From assembly GCF_006345805.1 (NCBI RefSeq), contig NC_043005.1, forward strand, positions 64,480,001-64,544,000: a stretch of DNA of 64,000 nucleotides. The letters are read 5' to 3'. The stretch is from Octopus sinensis (lineage: Eukaryota). Positions within the stretch are counted from its first letter, which is position 1; the number at the start of each line of letters is the position of its first letter. Position numbers and translations under genes: made by a program. Shown piece by piece: positions 11,466 through 24,983 of this stretch. The notes beneath the pieces are model-generated. The model was not told the origin of the DNA, made no database searches, and saw nothing but the letters and a program-made list of their open reading frames with translations.

Positions 11466-11660
11466 TTGAAGATTATTTTCTTTTTCTCGGTTCTTAATCC
11501 AGGCCTTTCCTTGTCCTTGTGGGTCAATGAGTAGAGGGAAGAGAGCTGCTTTGTTTACAATCAGTCCATTCTGTGTAGAAAGTTCATCATTGGGTAAACC
11601 TTGCAAGTTCCATTCAGTAATTGTAGTCGTGTCTACTAACATGTTTATGATGTCTAGTTT
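11466..11660 (-). CDS. DNAH5: Dynein heavy chain exon 12 (AAA5)
   Basis: [10 protein letters not shown]...[20 protein letters not shown]...[25 protein letters not shown]; ctccag/gtaagt; 195 nt. Confidence 0.95.
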
Positions 11661-11880
11661 CTGGAGAAAGAGAAGAAATTCACTGATGTTGTTGATGTTA
11701 ATGATTGTGATAATGATGATGGAATTGGTGATATGATTTTGTTGATGATGTTTTGTGGTGATAATGTTAATGAAGTTGGTGCAAATATTAGTGATAATAA
11801 AGATAATGGTGATGGTGGTGGTGGTGGTAGAGGCAGTAACCATGTTGGAGGGGATTTTCGCAATTGTGAAATATCCAATT

Positions 11881-12122
11881 CTGTTGTATCTGGGGAGAGT
11901 CATTTTCTTTTTGTACCCCATAATGTAACACACTCACCGGTGAAATTTCCACTTGTTTCTTATTTTTAGGAAAATAAAAATAAGAAATAAGTGAAAATTT
12001 TATCAATGTGTGTGTTAAATTATAAAGTACAAAAAGAAAATGACTCTCCCCAGATACAACAGAATATGCTTCAACGCACGAACTCATATAATGAATCTTG
12101 CAAACCAAATCCAAAAACGAAG
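11881..12122 (+). mobile_element. Unclassified asymmetric hairpin element, copy 1
   Basis: Inverted arms of about 90 bp starting CTGTTG and ending CAACAG, plus a tail of about 60 bp; flanking direct repeat tatccaatt. Confidence 0.7.
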
Positions 12123-14061
12123 TATCCAATTATCTATAAGTTGCCAGTCCAGTCTCTCACTAATTTTACCATCAAGTTATCACCTGTTTGATTTACATTA
12201 TATATCAAATACGAAGACTCTCACACATGTACACACACATCCCCACCACCACCATCATCATCATCATGACATCATCATCCTTTAGTGTCTCTTTTCCATA
12301 CTGTCATGAGTTGGACGGTTAGACCAAAGCTGACAAACTGGAAAGCTGCACCAGGTTCCAGTCTGATTTGGCTTGGTTTCTACAGCTGGATGCCCTTCTT
12401 AACACCAACCACTTTACAGTGTGTACTGGATGTTTTTTTATGTGGCACTAGCTTGAGCACTTTTACATGGCACCAACACAAGAGCATTTTATGTGGCAAT
12501 GGCACAGCATGGCACCATCACAAACACATACACACAGAAAGAGACAGACAAACAAAGACAGTTATTATTGTTCATGACAATATTGACAGCATGAAGTAAT
12601 GACTTTTATAAGAAGCAAACACATTTATGAAGTTGCTAGTCTAGCCTGTCATAGCGACAGGAAATATAAGGTTTTAAAATTATAAAAATAACTATATATT
12701 TGGAACCTGATAAGTGCCAAATAGTAAAGAATTCAAGCCTTAAAGCTGCCATTGTGATATGCCACATGGAAGTAAGAATGGCTCCATAAAGATTACTTCT
12801 ATTAACTATTACACTGATATTATGTAAGAAATAATAGAAAACAAAAGATAAAGAGCAACAACAGCGTCCATCTGCTCTAACAGTCAGTAAAATAATAAAC
12901 TACACTATAACAAAGAGCTTGATAAAATTGTTGTTTAGAAGCAATGAATTAAGAGAGAAAATGTATTTAAGAGAAAAAATTTGTCATTGTTATTTGGCTC
13001 CTGTCGGCTATGATTGAGCAGATCTATGATCAAACATGTTCCAGCTGACATCATCTTGTCCTTTATTTGAAACTACATCAGACAAAGTGATCTGCCATTT
13101 TTTAAGGCAGTAGGATGAGATTTGAGGGAGATTTGGCTGCTATTTCTACCTGAACAAGCAATTGCATAAAGCAAGTCCTGTTATTTCATCATATACACAC
13201 ACATATATACACGGTGTTAGGAAGGGAAACCAGCCATAGAAACCATGGCAAATCAAACTGGAGTCTGATGCACCACCCCCAACTTGCCATCTCTGGTTAA
13301 ACCATCCAACCCATGCCAGCATGGACAATGGATGTTAAATGATGATGATGATGATGATGATATATATATATATATATACATACATACATAAAGTGTGGGA
13401 TGGGTAAATTGTTGCCATTTCATATTCTTAATTTCGCACATGCACATTGTTTCTTTGTGATTTTGTCAACTACACAGTATAGTAGGGTCAGCTGGGCATC
13501 TTTTGTGAGAAAAACAGCACCATGACACAATTCACTCTACCAGAAATTTGCAGCCCAAAACTAATGAGAGCTAAATAGCATGACTATAATAATGACTATA
13601 TGACCCGGAGGTGTTTGATCAGAGGTTAAGTTAAGAACAGATATGAAATTAATTCTGTATTGCAATCATTCTGTTGTTCCTGTCCCAAGTTGAATTTCAA
13701 CTATTGGCCAATGTGTCCCAAACTTCATGTTTCGATGTAAAATTAATGAAGTGAATGTCATTTATAATACCCCCTTGATCTTTGATGTCATCTGAATAAC
13801 ACCAACCAAGATGGTGTGAAACAGTCAAGCTTTATCTGCTAGAAATAGCAACCCAAATGCTTTTGAATCAGATCCCAATGCTGGGTGTGCAAAAACCAAA
13901 TGAAGGGCAGATTTTCAATCCCCGGATCATCCTGGTTCCAAAAGGGTATATATAATATGTCTATATCGAGCAAATTTAGACTGAGATACAGGGATATTGG
14001 ACAGAGAGAATTTCACTTTTATTATTTTATATATTTTATATATATATATATATACATATGT

Positions 14062-14375
14062 GGAGGCGCAATGGCCCAGTGGTTAGGGCAGCAGACTCGC
14101 GGTTGTAGGATCGTGGTTTCGATTCCCAGACCAGGCGTTGTGAGTGTTTATTGAGCGAAAACACCTAAAGCTTCACGGGGGCTCCAGCAGCGGGGTGGTG
14201 GCAATCCCTGCTGTACTCTTTCGCCGCAACTTTCTCTCACTCTTTCTTCTGTCGGCCTGCTTGCTTAGCCAGCGGGGTGGCGTCATTTGAAGGCTAAAAC
14301 AATGCAAAGCGCATTGTGACCAGCGATGTGTAGCAACATCTGATAGCCTGGTTGGTCACGGTGATCATGGTGATA
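14062..14375 (+). mobile_element. tRNA-derived SINE family C
   Basis: A-box TGGCCCAGTGGTTAGG, B-box GGTTTCGATTCC; head shared with the copies at 27767 and 59166. Confidence 0.8.
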
Positions 14376-14530
14376 TATACATATATTCTAGGAAAGATAA
14401 AATATTACAAGCACACATGAGAGTATGTAAAACTAGTAGTGAAGACTATAGTGGTGCTGATGTTGATGGTAATGATGAAGATGATGGAAGATGATAACGA
14501 GATGATGAAGATGATAACAAGTTATCTTAC

Positions 14531-14788
14531 TGGTGTAAATGGTATTTTAGCTTTGGTCATTTCCTGCTTCCAAGCATTCATCAGTTTGTCACGGAACTCT
14601 TGGTTATAGGGTCCAGTATATGAAAGAAAGCCGGTCGCCAACAGTACATTTCCTACTAGATTCTGTATCTGCCGAGCAAAATCTTTGCTGGCATCTGTCC
14701 AACGTATTTTCTCCCCACTGAGTCCTTCTATCAATGCTGTAGCATTGCCCATCTTCCTACGGCAATTATCAGCATCATCAACAAGAGC
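14531..14788 (-). CDS. DNAH5: Dynein heavy chain exon 11 (end of CC2)
   Basis: ALVDDADNCRRKM...LIEGLSGEKIRW...GNVLLATGFLSYTGPYNQEFR...KIPFTP; gaaaag/gtaaga; 258 nt. Confidence 0.93.
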
Positions 14789-14937
14789 CTTTTCACAAAT
14801 GAAAACAAATGAAGAAAGTGAAAATAGCACCACTGACAAAGCATTTAACAAAATCGTATTTAATTTCAGTTACTTAATCTTATTGTTATACTTGGAGGTG
14901 GTCATATTTTTTGGGGATTTTTTTTACCAATTAAAAA

Positions 14938-15157
14938 CCCTTTCGTTACTGTATTTATTTTGAGATGCTCTGTGTTTCTTTCAATTATTTTAAATATAAC
15001 AAAGAATTTAGTAAAATAACTTAGTTATCATTAAGCTAGTGTTAGGAATATAAATTGCAACTAAGGTTTGGTGGTATATTTTGATGCAAAACTTATGAAA
15101 ACAAGACATTTGTACTACAGAGCCAGAGCCGGTTTTGGCCGGTTAATAATGAAAGGG
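14938..15157. mobile_element. piggyBac-like MITE, second copy
   Basis: Same body as 4813-5006, CCCTTTCG...GAAAGGG termini, degenerate TTAA flanks. Confidence 0.78.
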
Positions 15158-16741
15158 TTACACACACTATTTGATCTTCACTTTAGTTTTTATTCATATC
15201 ACTTTCAGTTTATACGTATATCAAAGCTCTTATGTCATACATTCTGTGATCTCATCAGTGTGACTCTATGTCCTATGGTATGTTTACATCCCCATAACTT
15301 AGTGATTCAGCAAAAGAGACTGATAGAATAAGTACCAAGCTTAAAAAAAGAAGTAAGTACTGGGGTCAATTCATTCAACTAAAAAGTTCTCAGAGGTGGT
15401 GCCCCAGCATGGCCACAGTCAAATGATTGAAACAAGTTAAAGATAAAAGATAAAAGAGGAAAACAACCTAAAGCAAATAAATAAGGGGATTGATGTCAAC
15501 TCAGAACATGAGATGAGAATTGCTTTCCAAGAAAATTACTTCTGCCAAGAAGCAATTTAGACTGTATAAGCTTATTTTTCTTCTATCATATCAAGACATA
15601 AGGACAAGTTGTGACAAAGAATTTCTTTGTTATAATTTTGTATCTACTTTGACTCTGATTTCCCTATTGGTTTGGACTAGAAGGAAGAGGTTGTACACAT
15701 GGCATTCACAGGCCCTTCTAAGATTAGTGGGTTTGACATGGTTAATATCTCCCCTGAAGAGCTACAAGCTAGCAGCTGCTGGAAATCATGAACAGGGCCT
15801 GGAAATTCCAGACTAATGGTGATATGTAGATCATTGACATATAGGAAGAAGAGTGTGGGTTACAAAACAGAACTTTAAGACACACCAGTTTGGAAAGAAT
15901 GGAGGTCAAGAGAGTTCCATAAGATATGATGGGGCAATTTGAAAGGAAGCTGCCAGTATAACAGATGAGAGATGGAGGTATGAGTAGGCAGTTACACTAA
16001 GATATTTAAATTCATAATAGGTATAATGGTTTGCTGGTGCCAGGTACAACAACACTGTTTTTACCAAATTTCTTCAGGACAGGTTCCAATGAATAGTTGG
16101 TCTCAATGAGATCTGACTTTATGAAAGCCATTCTGGTAGTCACTAAGGAGAGAGAGATATTCAAGATGTTAGGAAAAAAGTGGTCAGTAATGACTTTTTT
16201 CTGTTATTGTTGAGATGATGCGAGTAAGTTCAAATAAGATAGATTGAATGGGTTGTCCTTTTGGGAATGAAATATGCTGCAGAATGTTTCCAAATATTCA
16301 TGGAAGAGAGAGAGAAAGTAAAAGGGAAACAGAGAGGAAGAAAGAGAGAGAGAAAGGGAGAGAAAGAGAGAGAGAGATTTTGAAATGCAAATTATAATAG
16401 CGGTATCTTTGATAGATAAAGTACCATCATCCCAATAACATGTAAAAGACACATAGAGATCAAACCAACAAGCATGGTTCTGTAGCCCTTGTCTTATGGT
16501 TCTGCTTAGGGCACCAATGAAATAATTGCTGGAGAATAGAAACTCATTACACTTAATGTATGTGTACACTAACCGATCCATCCGGTTTATTTACTGTTAT
16601 CCAAATAAACAGATTTGTACACCAACTAAAAAAAAAGCTGATTTGTGTGTGGTGTATGCATGGGGTGGTGGTGGTGGTAGCAAGTGAGGGGCATCAAAGA
16701 AAAAAGTATTTTATACAAAAGGAACCACATTAATTAATTAC

Positions 16742-16879
16742 CTGCTTCTTCCTCATAGCTTCATCATATACTGCCTGCACAACATCTAACTCAGCCTGCT
16801 TCTCATCTAATTGAGATTGAGCTATTTCGAGATCTTGATTAGCAGTCTTCAAACGAGCCTCTTGTGCAACTAAATTAGC
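16742..16879 (-). CDS. DNAH5: Dynein heavy chain exon 10 (stalk CC2)
   Basis: Manual translation [46 protein letters not shown]; taatag/gtaatt; 138 nt. Confidence 0.95.
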
Positions 16880-19174
16880 CTATTATAAAAAACAAAGATT
16901 AGAAATTTTTCCTGAGACAATACTTTTAGGTCAGAATATAAAACTATTATCCTTCACCAACAACAGTGGGTGAATATATTCTTAAGGTCAACTTTTAGTT
17001 ACTCATGGGTACTTCTAAATTTCATCACTAATTCAGGTCTCCAGCAGATTAAATTACGCTTTGATTTAGCAATGATGGTTTACTCTTCAGTTGCATTTTG
17101 AGATAAAATAACTGAAATTTGCTTCTTTAAAAAAAAAACAGTTCAGTCAAAATATCTGAGGTCAAAAATGGGAGGGTAAGGCGAAAAATTGACTTTGAAT
17201 CAAAATATCTTGTATCTTTAGAGAAAAATATAGATTAATTGGGTTTAAAAGAATGTGCTCATATTGGTGAAAACCTCATTAAAAATTATTAGCTATGAAA
17301 AAAGTTGTGTGGCTTTAGGCAATGAAAAATGTGGTAACCCCAAAACTTGACTTTGAATCAAAATGTCTTAGTTATTCTTAAAGAAAACTATACAATAATA
17401 ATTTTCAAATGAAAGCGTTCTTATGGTGATGAATTTTATGGTGCAAAATTTGTCAAAAAAAAGTTGTGTGGCTTTAAATGATAATAAAGGGTGGGCCTTT
17501 TAACAAATCAAAATATTTTTGTCATTTTAAGATATTTAACATTATAAAAGACAGTATCTGATGTCATGGGTCACTTAACTTAATGGTAACAAGAATTTGA
17601 GAGGATGCTTTGTTATTTTTATGTGCAAACAAAATTTCTAAGTCTGAACAAAATTTATATTTAAAAAATATTTACGATAGTATAATGTTTTCAATTATAA
17701 AGATAAATATAATTAATTATGATAATAGAAGCAATGCCTAGAGAAAATGGGACTAGAATTGAAAATGTGGGTGCAGAATCCTAGATTACTCTTAAGTATT
17801 GAACTTGGAAATGTACTGAAGAAGCAGTATTCAAGCCTGGAAAAATACCAGACAAGAAAAAAAAGGAAAAAAACTTTAAACATTGTTGCTGAAGTTAGAA
17901 TTTTCAAATAAATTTCAGAAATTGTTCATCAAATAGTGTGCATGCTCTTGTTTTTATTTTTATTTTTTACTTTTTATTACAATTTTTCAATAAATTTAAG
18001 TTAATATTTTCAGTAAAAAACTTTTTTTGTACCTAGCTAAAACATTTGTGTCTAATTTTTAGCATTCTTTTATTTTCTTAATGGAACTCATTATCCAAAA
18101 ATATTTAATCATATATACTGTGTTATAAAATTAAACTCATGTAGAATATCTAATTCAAAAGAGTAAAAAATAGTAACAATAATTTTTTTTAAAACACAGA
18201 TAAATTTCTTTAAAGTTTTTATTATCAGATAAAGTATTTTCTACGTACATTTAGGAAAATATCCAAAAAAGTGAAAGTAAAATGTAGAAATTATTAGGTT
18301 TTTTCAAAAAAATCTTAGGGGTTATAATTGTCAATTTTGCTTAAATTGCTATTATGCGATTTTTTGAAACATACAAATATGTAATAGCAAATTTTTAATG
18401 TGTGAACTTTCAAACAATTAGACTTTTCACTAAAACTCAAAATAAATAACTTCTTGAGCATTTTAATTTTTAATTTTTAAGTAAAAACAAAAACTATAAA
18501 AAGACATTTATTACTATTCTACTTTTTAAAGTCTAACTTCAGCTGCAATATTTTGTCTTCTAGTCCGCTGCTTCTTCTGTACTTTTCCAGGATTCTGTGC
18601 CTGTATTTTCCATTCAAGTATGTGTAATGCATCAATATTATCCACAGGTTTGTGGTTTAGTGATGAGACCTTTATTTTTACTTTTATCAAAGAAGGATAT
18701 GAGTCAAAATAGTAGATTTCTCTTCTTCAAGGCACAAAATAAAGGCCATTGTTTGAACTATTTACAATAGTTGAAAATTGAAGGCGATATTAATAATTTG
18801 TACAATGTTAAAAAGTCCATTGGTAATATTTGTTTCAGAGAATATAAATCGATAATGTTTGTAATATACAAAGTATATCAACATTTATCGTAATATTCAT
18901 TATTGTGGTATATCACTTTAAAAAATTGTTTAATTGAATAGTTTCAAATAAAACCAACTCCATAAAAAATTCAAAACCCAAAGATTGAAGATGATGCCAT
19001 TCTAGATTAAATCTCAGAATCACATCTCAAATATCTAGATTTGGGACCAAGATGATCTCTGGAAATTAATAGGTACAACAAAATATAAAGGACTGAATTC
19101 AATGACAAGGAATATAATATATTTCTTAGTAAAAAGAACACAGATCATATTTCTCAGAGAATATAAATACTTAC

Positions 19175-19342
19175 TTTCAAAGGCAAAACCTCTTTGTTGA
19201 TACCAAAAAATATAGCCATTGCACAAGTCCACGACAGAAGTCCTGCAACATCACCACATACTTTCTTGGCTGTTTCAAATGTATAATCCTCCATTCTCAG
19301 ATATATTTGCATTAGCTCAACAGTCTCACTGTTTATAGTATC
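19175..19342 (-). CDS. DNAH5: Dynein heavy chain exon 9 (MTBD/CC2)
   Basis: Manual translation [56 protein letters not shown]; ttcaag/gtaagt; 168 nt. Confidence 0.95.
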
Positions 19343-19543
19343 CTTGAATCAAATGAACAAAAGTATAATTACTCCGTGTGTGTGCGTGGGTGGGTGGGGG
19401 TGTACATGTGTGTGAGTGTGTGCATATGTGTGTGTGCGTGCATGTGCGCGAATGCATACGCATGTAAATGGAGGTGTATTTGTGTACATGCATGTATGTG
19501 TAGAGGTATATGCAAATATACATAAGAGTGTAGGCAGGTACTA

Positions 19544-19945
19544 TTGGGTTGTCTGGAAAGTTCGTGCCGATTTATAGTGGCTTACCTTTTGACTTATTTT
19601 AGAACATGGTTGAGTCCATAAAATAGGATTTCACTACACCTCCATTTAGAGCACAGTTTAAGCTATCTTTTCATGGAAGAAGCTTTATGTTCCTATAAAC
19701 TGTATTAATTCTGTAACCTTTTAAAATGGAAGATAAGAAAGTTCATTTTCGGCACTTGATGCTTTGGGAACCAGACAAAAATTGCTGCAGCTCAGCTGGA
19801 ATGCGTTACCCCATCCTCCATATTCACCAGATATTGCCCCTTCGGTTTCCACTTATTCAGCTCACTGCGGAATAGTCTTAATGGTAAAAATTTCAATTCC
19901 TTGGATGACATAAAAAGAGACCTTGATGAATTCTTTGCCATGAAA
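19544..19945 (+). mobile_element. Second, 3'-truncated copy of the same mariner derivative
   Basis: Same left TIR and same internal junction (gatgctttgggaaccagacaaa) as 669-1224; it runs into a SINE fragment at about 19946. Confidence 0.88.
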
Positions 19946-20520
19946 TTACCTCTTTCAGTTTCTGTCTACCAAATCTACTCTCAAGGCTTTGGTCAGCTCA
20001 AAGCTTTAGCAGAAGACATTTGCCCAAGGTGCCATGCAGTGGGACTGTGGTTGAGAAGCAAGCTTCTTACCACTCAGCCACACCTGCACCTGTTGTCTAT
20101 AACTTTCTTTTTACCTCCACACCTGGGCTTCAACTGTGAAGAAACCACAAGAAACAAATTCTTCAAACCACTGCTCTCAAACATATTTGTTCTGAACTCT
20201 TAGAGTCGTAATTAGAAAACTCAATCATAGCTCAGTTTATTTTGTCAAACGCTTGAAGACTTCTTTCAAGCAGAACTCCTCTCAAATATAACTGATTCTT
20301 GATCCTTCAGTCCAGATTTTGTCATATTTTCACATTATGCTTACAATAAAAACCAATAAGATTTAGAGTACATCACTGAGAGGAACTCTGAAGGGAAGTG
20401 TTGCTCACATCACAATATGAAAATACCTGATTTCTGTTCCAACACCAGTTGAAGAAAACAGTAAAGTGCTAAGTAAAACAAACAGCTAAGAGGCACCACT
20501 TTTCATCTCTGGACATTTTT

Positions 20521-20918
20521 TATCTTTTACTTGACTGTGGCCATGCTGGGGCACTGCTTTGAAGAATTTTAGTTGAATGCATCAACCCCAGTACTTATTA
20601 TATTTTTGTAAAGCTTGGTACTTTTTCTATCAGTTTCTTTTGCCATACCATTAGGTTATGAGGATGTAAACACACCAACACCAGCTGTCAAGTGGTGATG
20701 GTGGAACAAACACATACACAAAGACACATAGATATATACACACACACATATATATGATGGGCTTCTTTTAGTTTCCCTCAACCAAATACACTCACAAGGC
20801 TTTGGTCAGATGAAGACTATAGTAGAAAACACTTGCTCAAAGTGCCATACAATGGAACTGAACCCGGAACCATGTAGTTGAGAAGCAAACTTCTAATCAC
20901 ACAGTCACACCTGTACCT
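20521..20918 (-). mobile_element. SINE family A (diverged)
   Basis: Reverse-complement match to family A. Confidence 0.75.
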
Positions 20919-20948
20919 ATGTTTAATACATCAAAGAACATCACTTAC

Positions 20949-21133
20949 TTTCGGAAATGTGAGGAGTCCATTCAAGAAGTTGCCAGACATTAACTTCAAT
21001 GCTTCACTCCATGAAGGTTTTGGACAATTCAAATCAGGGTCTTTTGTTGAGATATCAAGTCTCCGTTGAAACAATATCAGTACAACATCCATAATTCTCA
21101 TAATTAAGTGTGGAGGTTTAGCCAGTTTTTTCA
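20949..21133 (-). CDS. DNAH5: Dynein heavy chain exon 8 (microtubule-binding domain)
   Basis: (V)KKLAKPPHLIMRIMDVVLILFQRR...PSWSEALKLMSGNFLNGLLTFPK; tttcag/gtaagt; 185 nt, phase 1 to 0. Confidence 0.95.
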
Positions 21134-21192
21134 CTGAAACATAAGGCATTGTTCAAAATTAAGTCATGATCTTCTATTACTTTAATATTTAA

Positions 21193-21586
21193 CTAGCAGT
21201 ATCACCCGACGTTGCTCGGGTTTGTTTTGGCCCTTTAGAATTGGAATTTTTGAAAAGTAAAAATTTTGCATTATATATAATGCAAAATTGTTTGTTATTC
21301 TCTTTAAGTGAACGTTTTTCTGGTTGAACTACACTGAAAAATGGCGACACAGCAGTCAAAAAATAAGGATTTTCATAGAAAAAAAGCACCTTTTTGATGT
21401 AAATAATTTTTGTCTTAACATGGTCTGATTTGAATTTTTTCTTCTACGGAAGGAAGAGCAAGCCTCTTCTATCATACTCTCAATTTTGGTCAACTTGTGC
21501 CACAGCGTCTCAGAGGAGATAGTGTTAGTTGAAGGTTACCAAACATGCCTTAAATAGACAACTTCAACTTTATATATATAGAGAGA
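21193..21586 (-). mobile_element. Non-autonomous Helitron, family 1
   Basis: 5' TC(TC)TATATATAT, 3' hairpin CCCGAGCAACGTCGGG followed by CTAG, inserted at A|T. Confidence 0.8.
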
Positions 21587-21744
21587 TTAGTAACCCAACA
21601 ATATCATAGTGCTATAGATCGAGAACTGTTTAAGGCAGGTCCCTCAGGACAATGATATAAACTACAAAAGTGATATATATTCCACTTGGAGTTGAAGCAT
21701 TGTCAAATAAACATTAACTTAAAATAAATTTCAAACCAAATGGT

Positions 21745-22081
21745 TAAAAGGTAAAGACCCCCTTCAGTCATGAATGCCAATGAGATTGTACCTAGAAAGA
21801 TCTGCTCTGAGACACATGTCTGGGCAAGGTTGTTTATGGTAAACCAGCAGTCACCCATACATAGCAGCCTCCCCTCTCCATGCTACCAGTGTTATCCATG
21901 GGAAAGGCAGAGACTGATACAACTTGGTACCAGTGAAATTGTAACTCATTTTTACAGCTGAGTGAATTGGAGCAATGTGAAGCAAAGTGCCTTGCTCAAG
22001 AATACAACACACAGCCCAATCCAAGAATCGAACTCACTACCCCATGATTGTGAGACCGATGCTCTAACTACTGAACCATGA
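21745..22081 (-). mobile_element. tRNA-derived SINE family D
   Basis: Minus-strand head tggttcagtagttagagc...ggtagtgagttcgattc; related heads at about 42235 (+) and 51587 (+). Confidence 0.65.
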
Positions 22082-22953
22082 GTAATAATACTAATAGTCC
22101 TTTCTATTATGAGCAATGAAAGACTGGATCTTTGGCAGGGCCCAAAGACTTTAAGGTCAAAGATTGTAAGGTTTCCTCACTCAGTGAAAAGGGAACACTT
22201 ACTGAGATATCCAGAAACTCAGCAAGAATAACTGCATCATTGGCAAACTTAGGTCTCTAGTCCTCCCTGTCTTGCTCTATAGATGTCCAGGGCTCTTAGG
22301 AGCTTCCTGAACTCCTTTGGTACCAGGACACTTTATAGGATCATGGGTTACCAATGGTCAGGTTTCATATCCAACCAACGACTTCCTTTCAGAAACTAGG
22401 ATGCCTCCTGTTACTTGCATGATTCAGGACTGCCAGCTCAAACTGTTTGGCTCTGTTGCTCAATTTTCCATGTTAAACCCTGCTTACCATGTGCTCTTCA
22501 CTGAGGATCTGGCCGAGATGATGGCTCATGTTGGTTGACCACATGCCACATTGTGACGGCAGATGAAAAAGTATCTTATAGAGAAGGGAAATGACTGAGA
22601 CTTTGCTTGACAGGTCTTCCAGGGGGGATCCAGGAATATACTGTCAAAGGGTAAATGCAGCAATGCCCTGCAATGGTACAAGCCCCACATCTGACCAGGC
22701 AAGGACTTCATACAATACAATATATAGGAAACATAAGCTAAAAATTTGATAAAAGTTGCAACATAAATACAGTAGTTGTGTACTGGCCCCTCCCAACCAC
22801 AAATGACTTATGGTTAATTAGGAAGTTATTACCCATCTGTTTCAATAATACTAGTGCCACAAAAATACTAACGATGATGCAGTATTTGCAAAGCTGTGTA
22901 TTGTTACCATTGTTGTAAAAATTCTTCCCATTCATATTAAAATCCACAAAAAC

Positions 22954-23371
22954 ACTCTTTACTCTTTACTCTTTTACTCTTTTACTTGTTTCAGTCATTT
23001 GACTGCGGCCATGCTGGAGCACCGCCTTTAATCGAGCAACTCGACCCCGGTACTTATTCTTTTGTAAGACCAGTACTTATTCTATCGGTCTCTTTTGCCA
23101 AACTGCTAAGTAACAGGGACATAAACACACCAGCATCGGTTGTCAAACAATGCTAGGGGGACAAACACAGACACACAAACACACACACGCATATATACAT
23201 ATATACATATATACGACGGGCTTCTTTCAGTTTTCGTCTACCAAATCCACTCACAAGGTTTTGGTCAGCCCGAGGCTTTAGTAGAAGACACTTGCCCAAG
23301 GTGCCACACAGTGGGACTGAACCCAGAACCATATGGTTGGTAAACAAGCTAATATCCACAGAGCCACTCCT
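22954..23371 (-). mobile_element. SINE family A
   Basis: Reverse-complement full-length match with ctcttttact tail. Confidence 0.85.
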
Positions 23372-23694
23372 TTTGTTTCAGATTTAATATTCTTTTACTG
23401 TGCCTATACCATTTTCTTTTGTTTTTTATTTGTTAGTTTTCTATAGTCATCTAACCCTTTCAGTTTATTCAGGGAGTGTTTCCTAATGATGCTTTGTGTT
23501 GAATATTAGCTAATAAAAAATAGATTTCAAAAACGTCTTTTTACCTCCCCAGTTTGAATGACAAAAAATTAATGAAAGAAAAAAAAATGTTCATCAATCT
23601 TTGAATCAATTTAAACAAACTTACAAATAGTCAGAGAAATTTGGGGGAAAATAAAACCAAAACATTATTCAGAAATAAGCAGGAGTGGCTGTAT

Positions 23695-24092
23695 AGGCGC
23701 AGGAGTGGCTGTGTGGTAAGAATCTTGCTAACCAACCACATGGTTCCGGGTTCAGTCCCACTGCGTGGCATCTTGGGCAAGTGTCTTCTGCTATAGCCCC
23801 GGGCCGACCAATGCCTTGTGAGTGGATTTGGTAGACGGAAACTGAAAGAAGCCTGTTGTATATATGTATATATATATGTGTATGTGTTTGTCCCCCTAGC
23901 ATTGCTTGACAACCGATGCTGGTGTGTTTACGTCCCCATAATTTAGCGGTTCGGCAAAAGAGACCGATAGAATAAGTACTGGGCTTACAAAGAATAAGTC
24001 CCGGGGTCGATTTGCTCGACTAAAGGCGGTGCTCCAGCATGGCCGCAGTCAAAATGACTGAAACAAGTAAAAGAGTAAAGAGTAAAGAGTAT
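23695..24092 (+). mobile_element. SINE family A
   Basis: Full-length match; head 14-mer gcaggagtggctgt is duplicated just upstream. Confidence 0.85.
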
Positions 24093-24326
24093 GTCTCGTG
24101 AAGCCATGTCTTACCATGATAAAATGCAATAACAGAAGAAATGGACTTATTAGCATATCTGGCTGTGTGGTCGGAGAGGAAATGTCAGTAGGTCATCACC
24201 TTGCAAGAAAAAGAACTGCATAAGCATGCTGTAATAAAACTAAGTCTTACTCATGTTGCACTGAGAAGAATGGATACCAAAGTAGGTGATTTGTGAAAGA
24301 AAGGAAGCACTAGACGAAATGTATTA

Positions 24327-24563
24327 TCTTTTACCTTTTACTTGTTTCAGTCATTTGACTGTGGCCATGCTGGGGCACAACCTTGAAGGGTTTTAGTTTA
24401 ATAAATCGACCCCAGGGCTTAGTTTTTTTTTGTTTTTGAGCTTAGTACTTAATCTATTGGCCACTTTTGCTGAACTGCTAAGTTACAGAGGGGGGACGTA
24501 AACATACCAACACCAATTGTCAATCCATAGTAAGGGGACAAAGAGACAAATACATATACATGC

Positions 24564-24594
<31 letters not shown>

Positions 24595-24941
24595 TAATTT
24601 AGGGTATCTAAGAGATACCTCCACGCTGGAAATGGCAGTCAAAACTTGACTCTAAAACCACATTAAATGTTCATACAGCACCAGGAGAGAAGACAAAAGG
24701 ACAAGATGAACTAGCAAAAAATGTGGTTCTAGAGTCAAGTTTTGGCTGCTATTTCCAGCGTGGAGGTATCTCTTAGATACCCTAAATTATAATTTTGATA
24801 ATAATTATTACCTTTGAAGGTTTTTATTCCCATGCTGGCTACTTAATAAGATCGGTATTTAAATTAACAATCTTATCTTTATATATATATATATATATAC
24901 ATACGTAAATATATACACACACACATATATATGTATATATA

Positions 24942-24983
<42 letters not shown>

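Noticed and set aside
11661-11933. Thr/Ile/His-rich N-terminal extension of ORF 11424-11933
   Set aside because: It lies upstream of a canonical acceptor (ctccag at 11661) and consists of low-complexity intron plus the hairpin repeat
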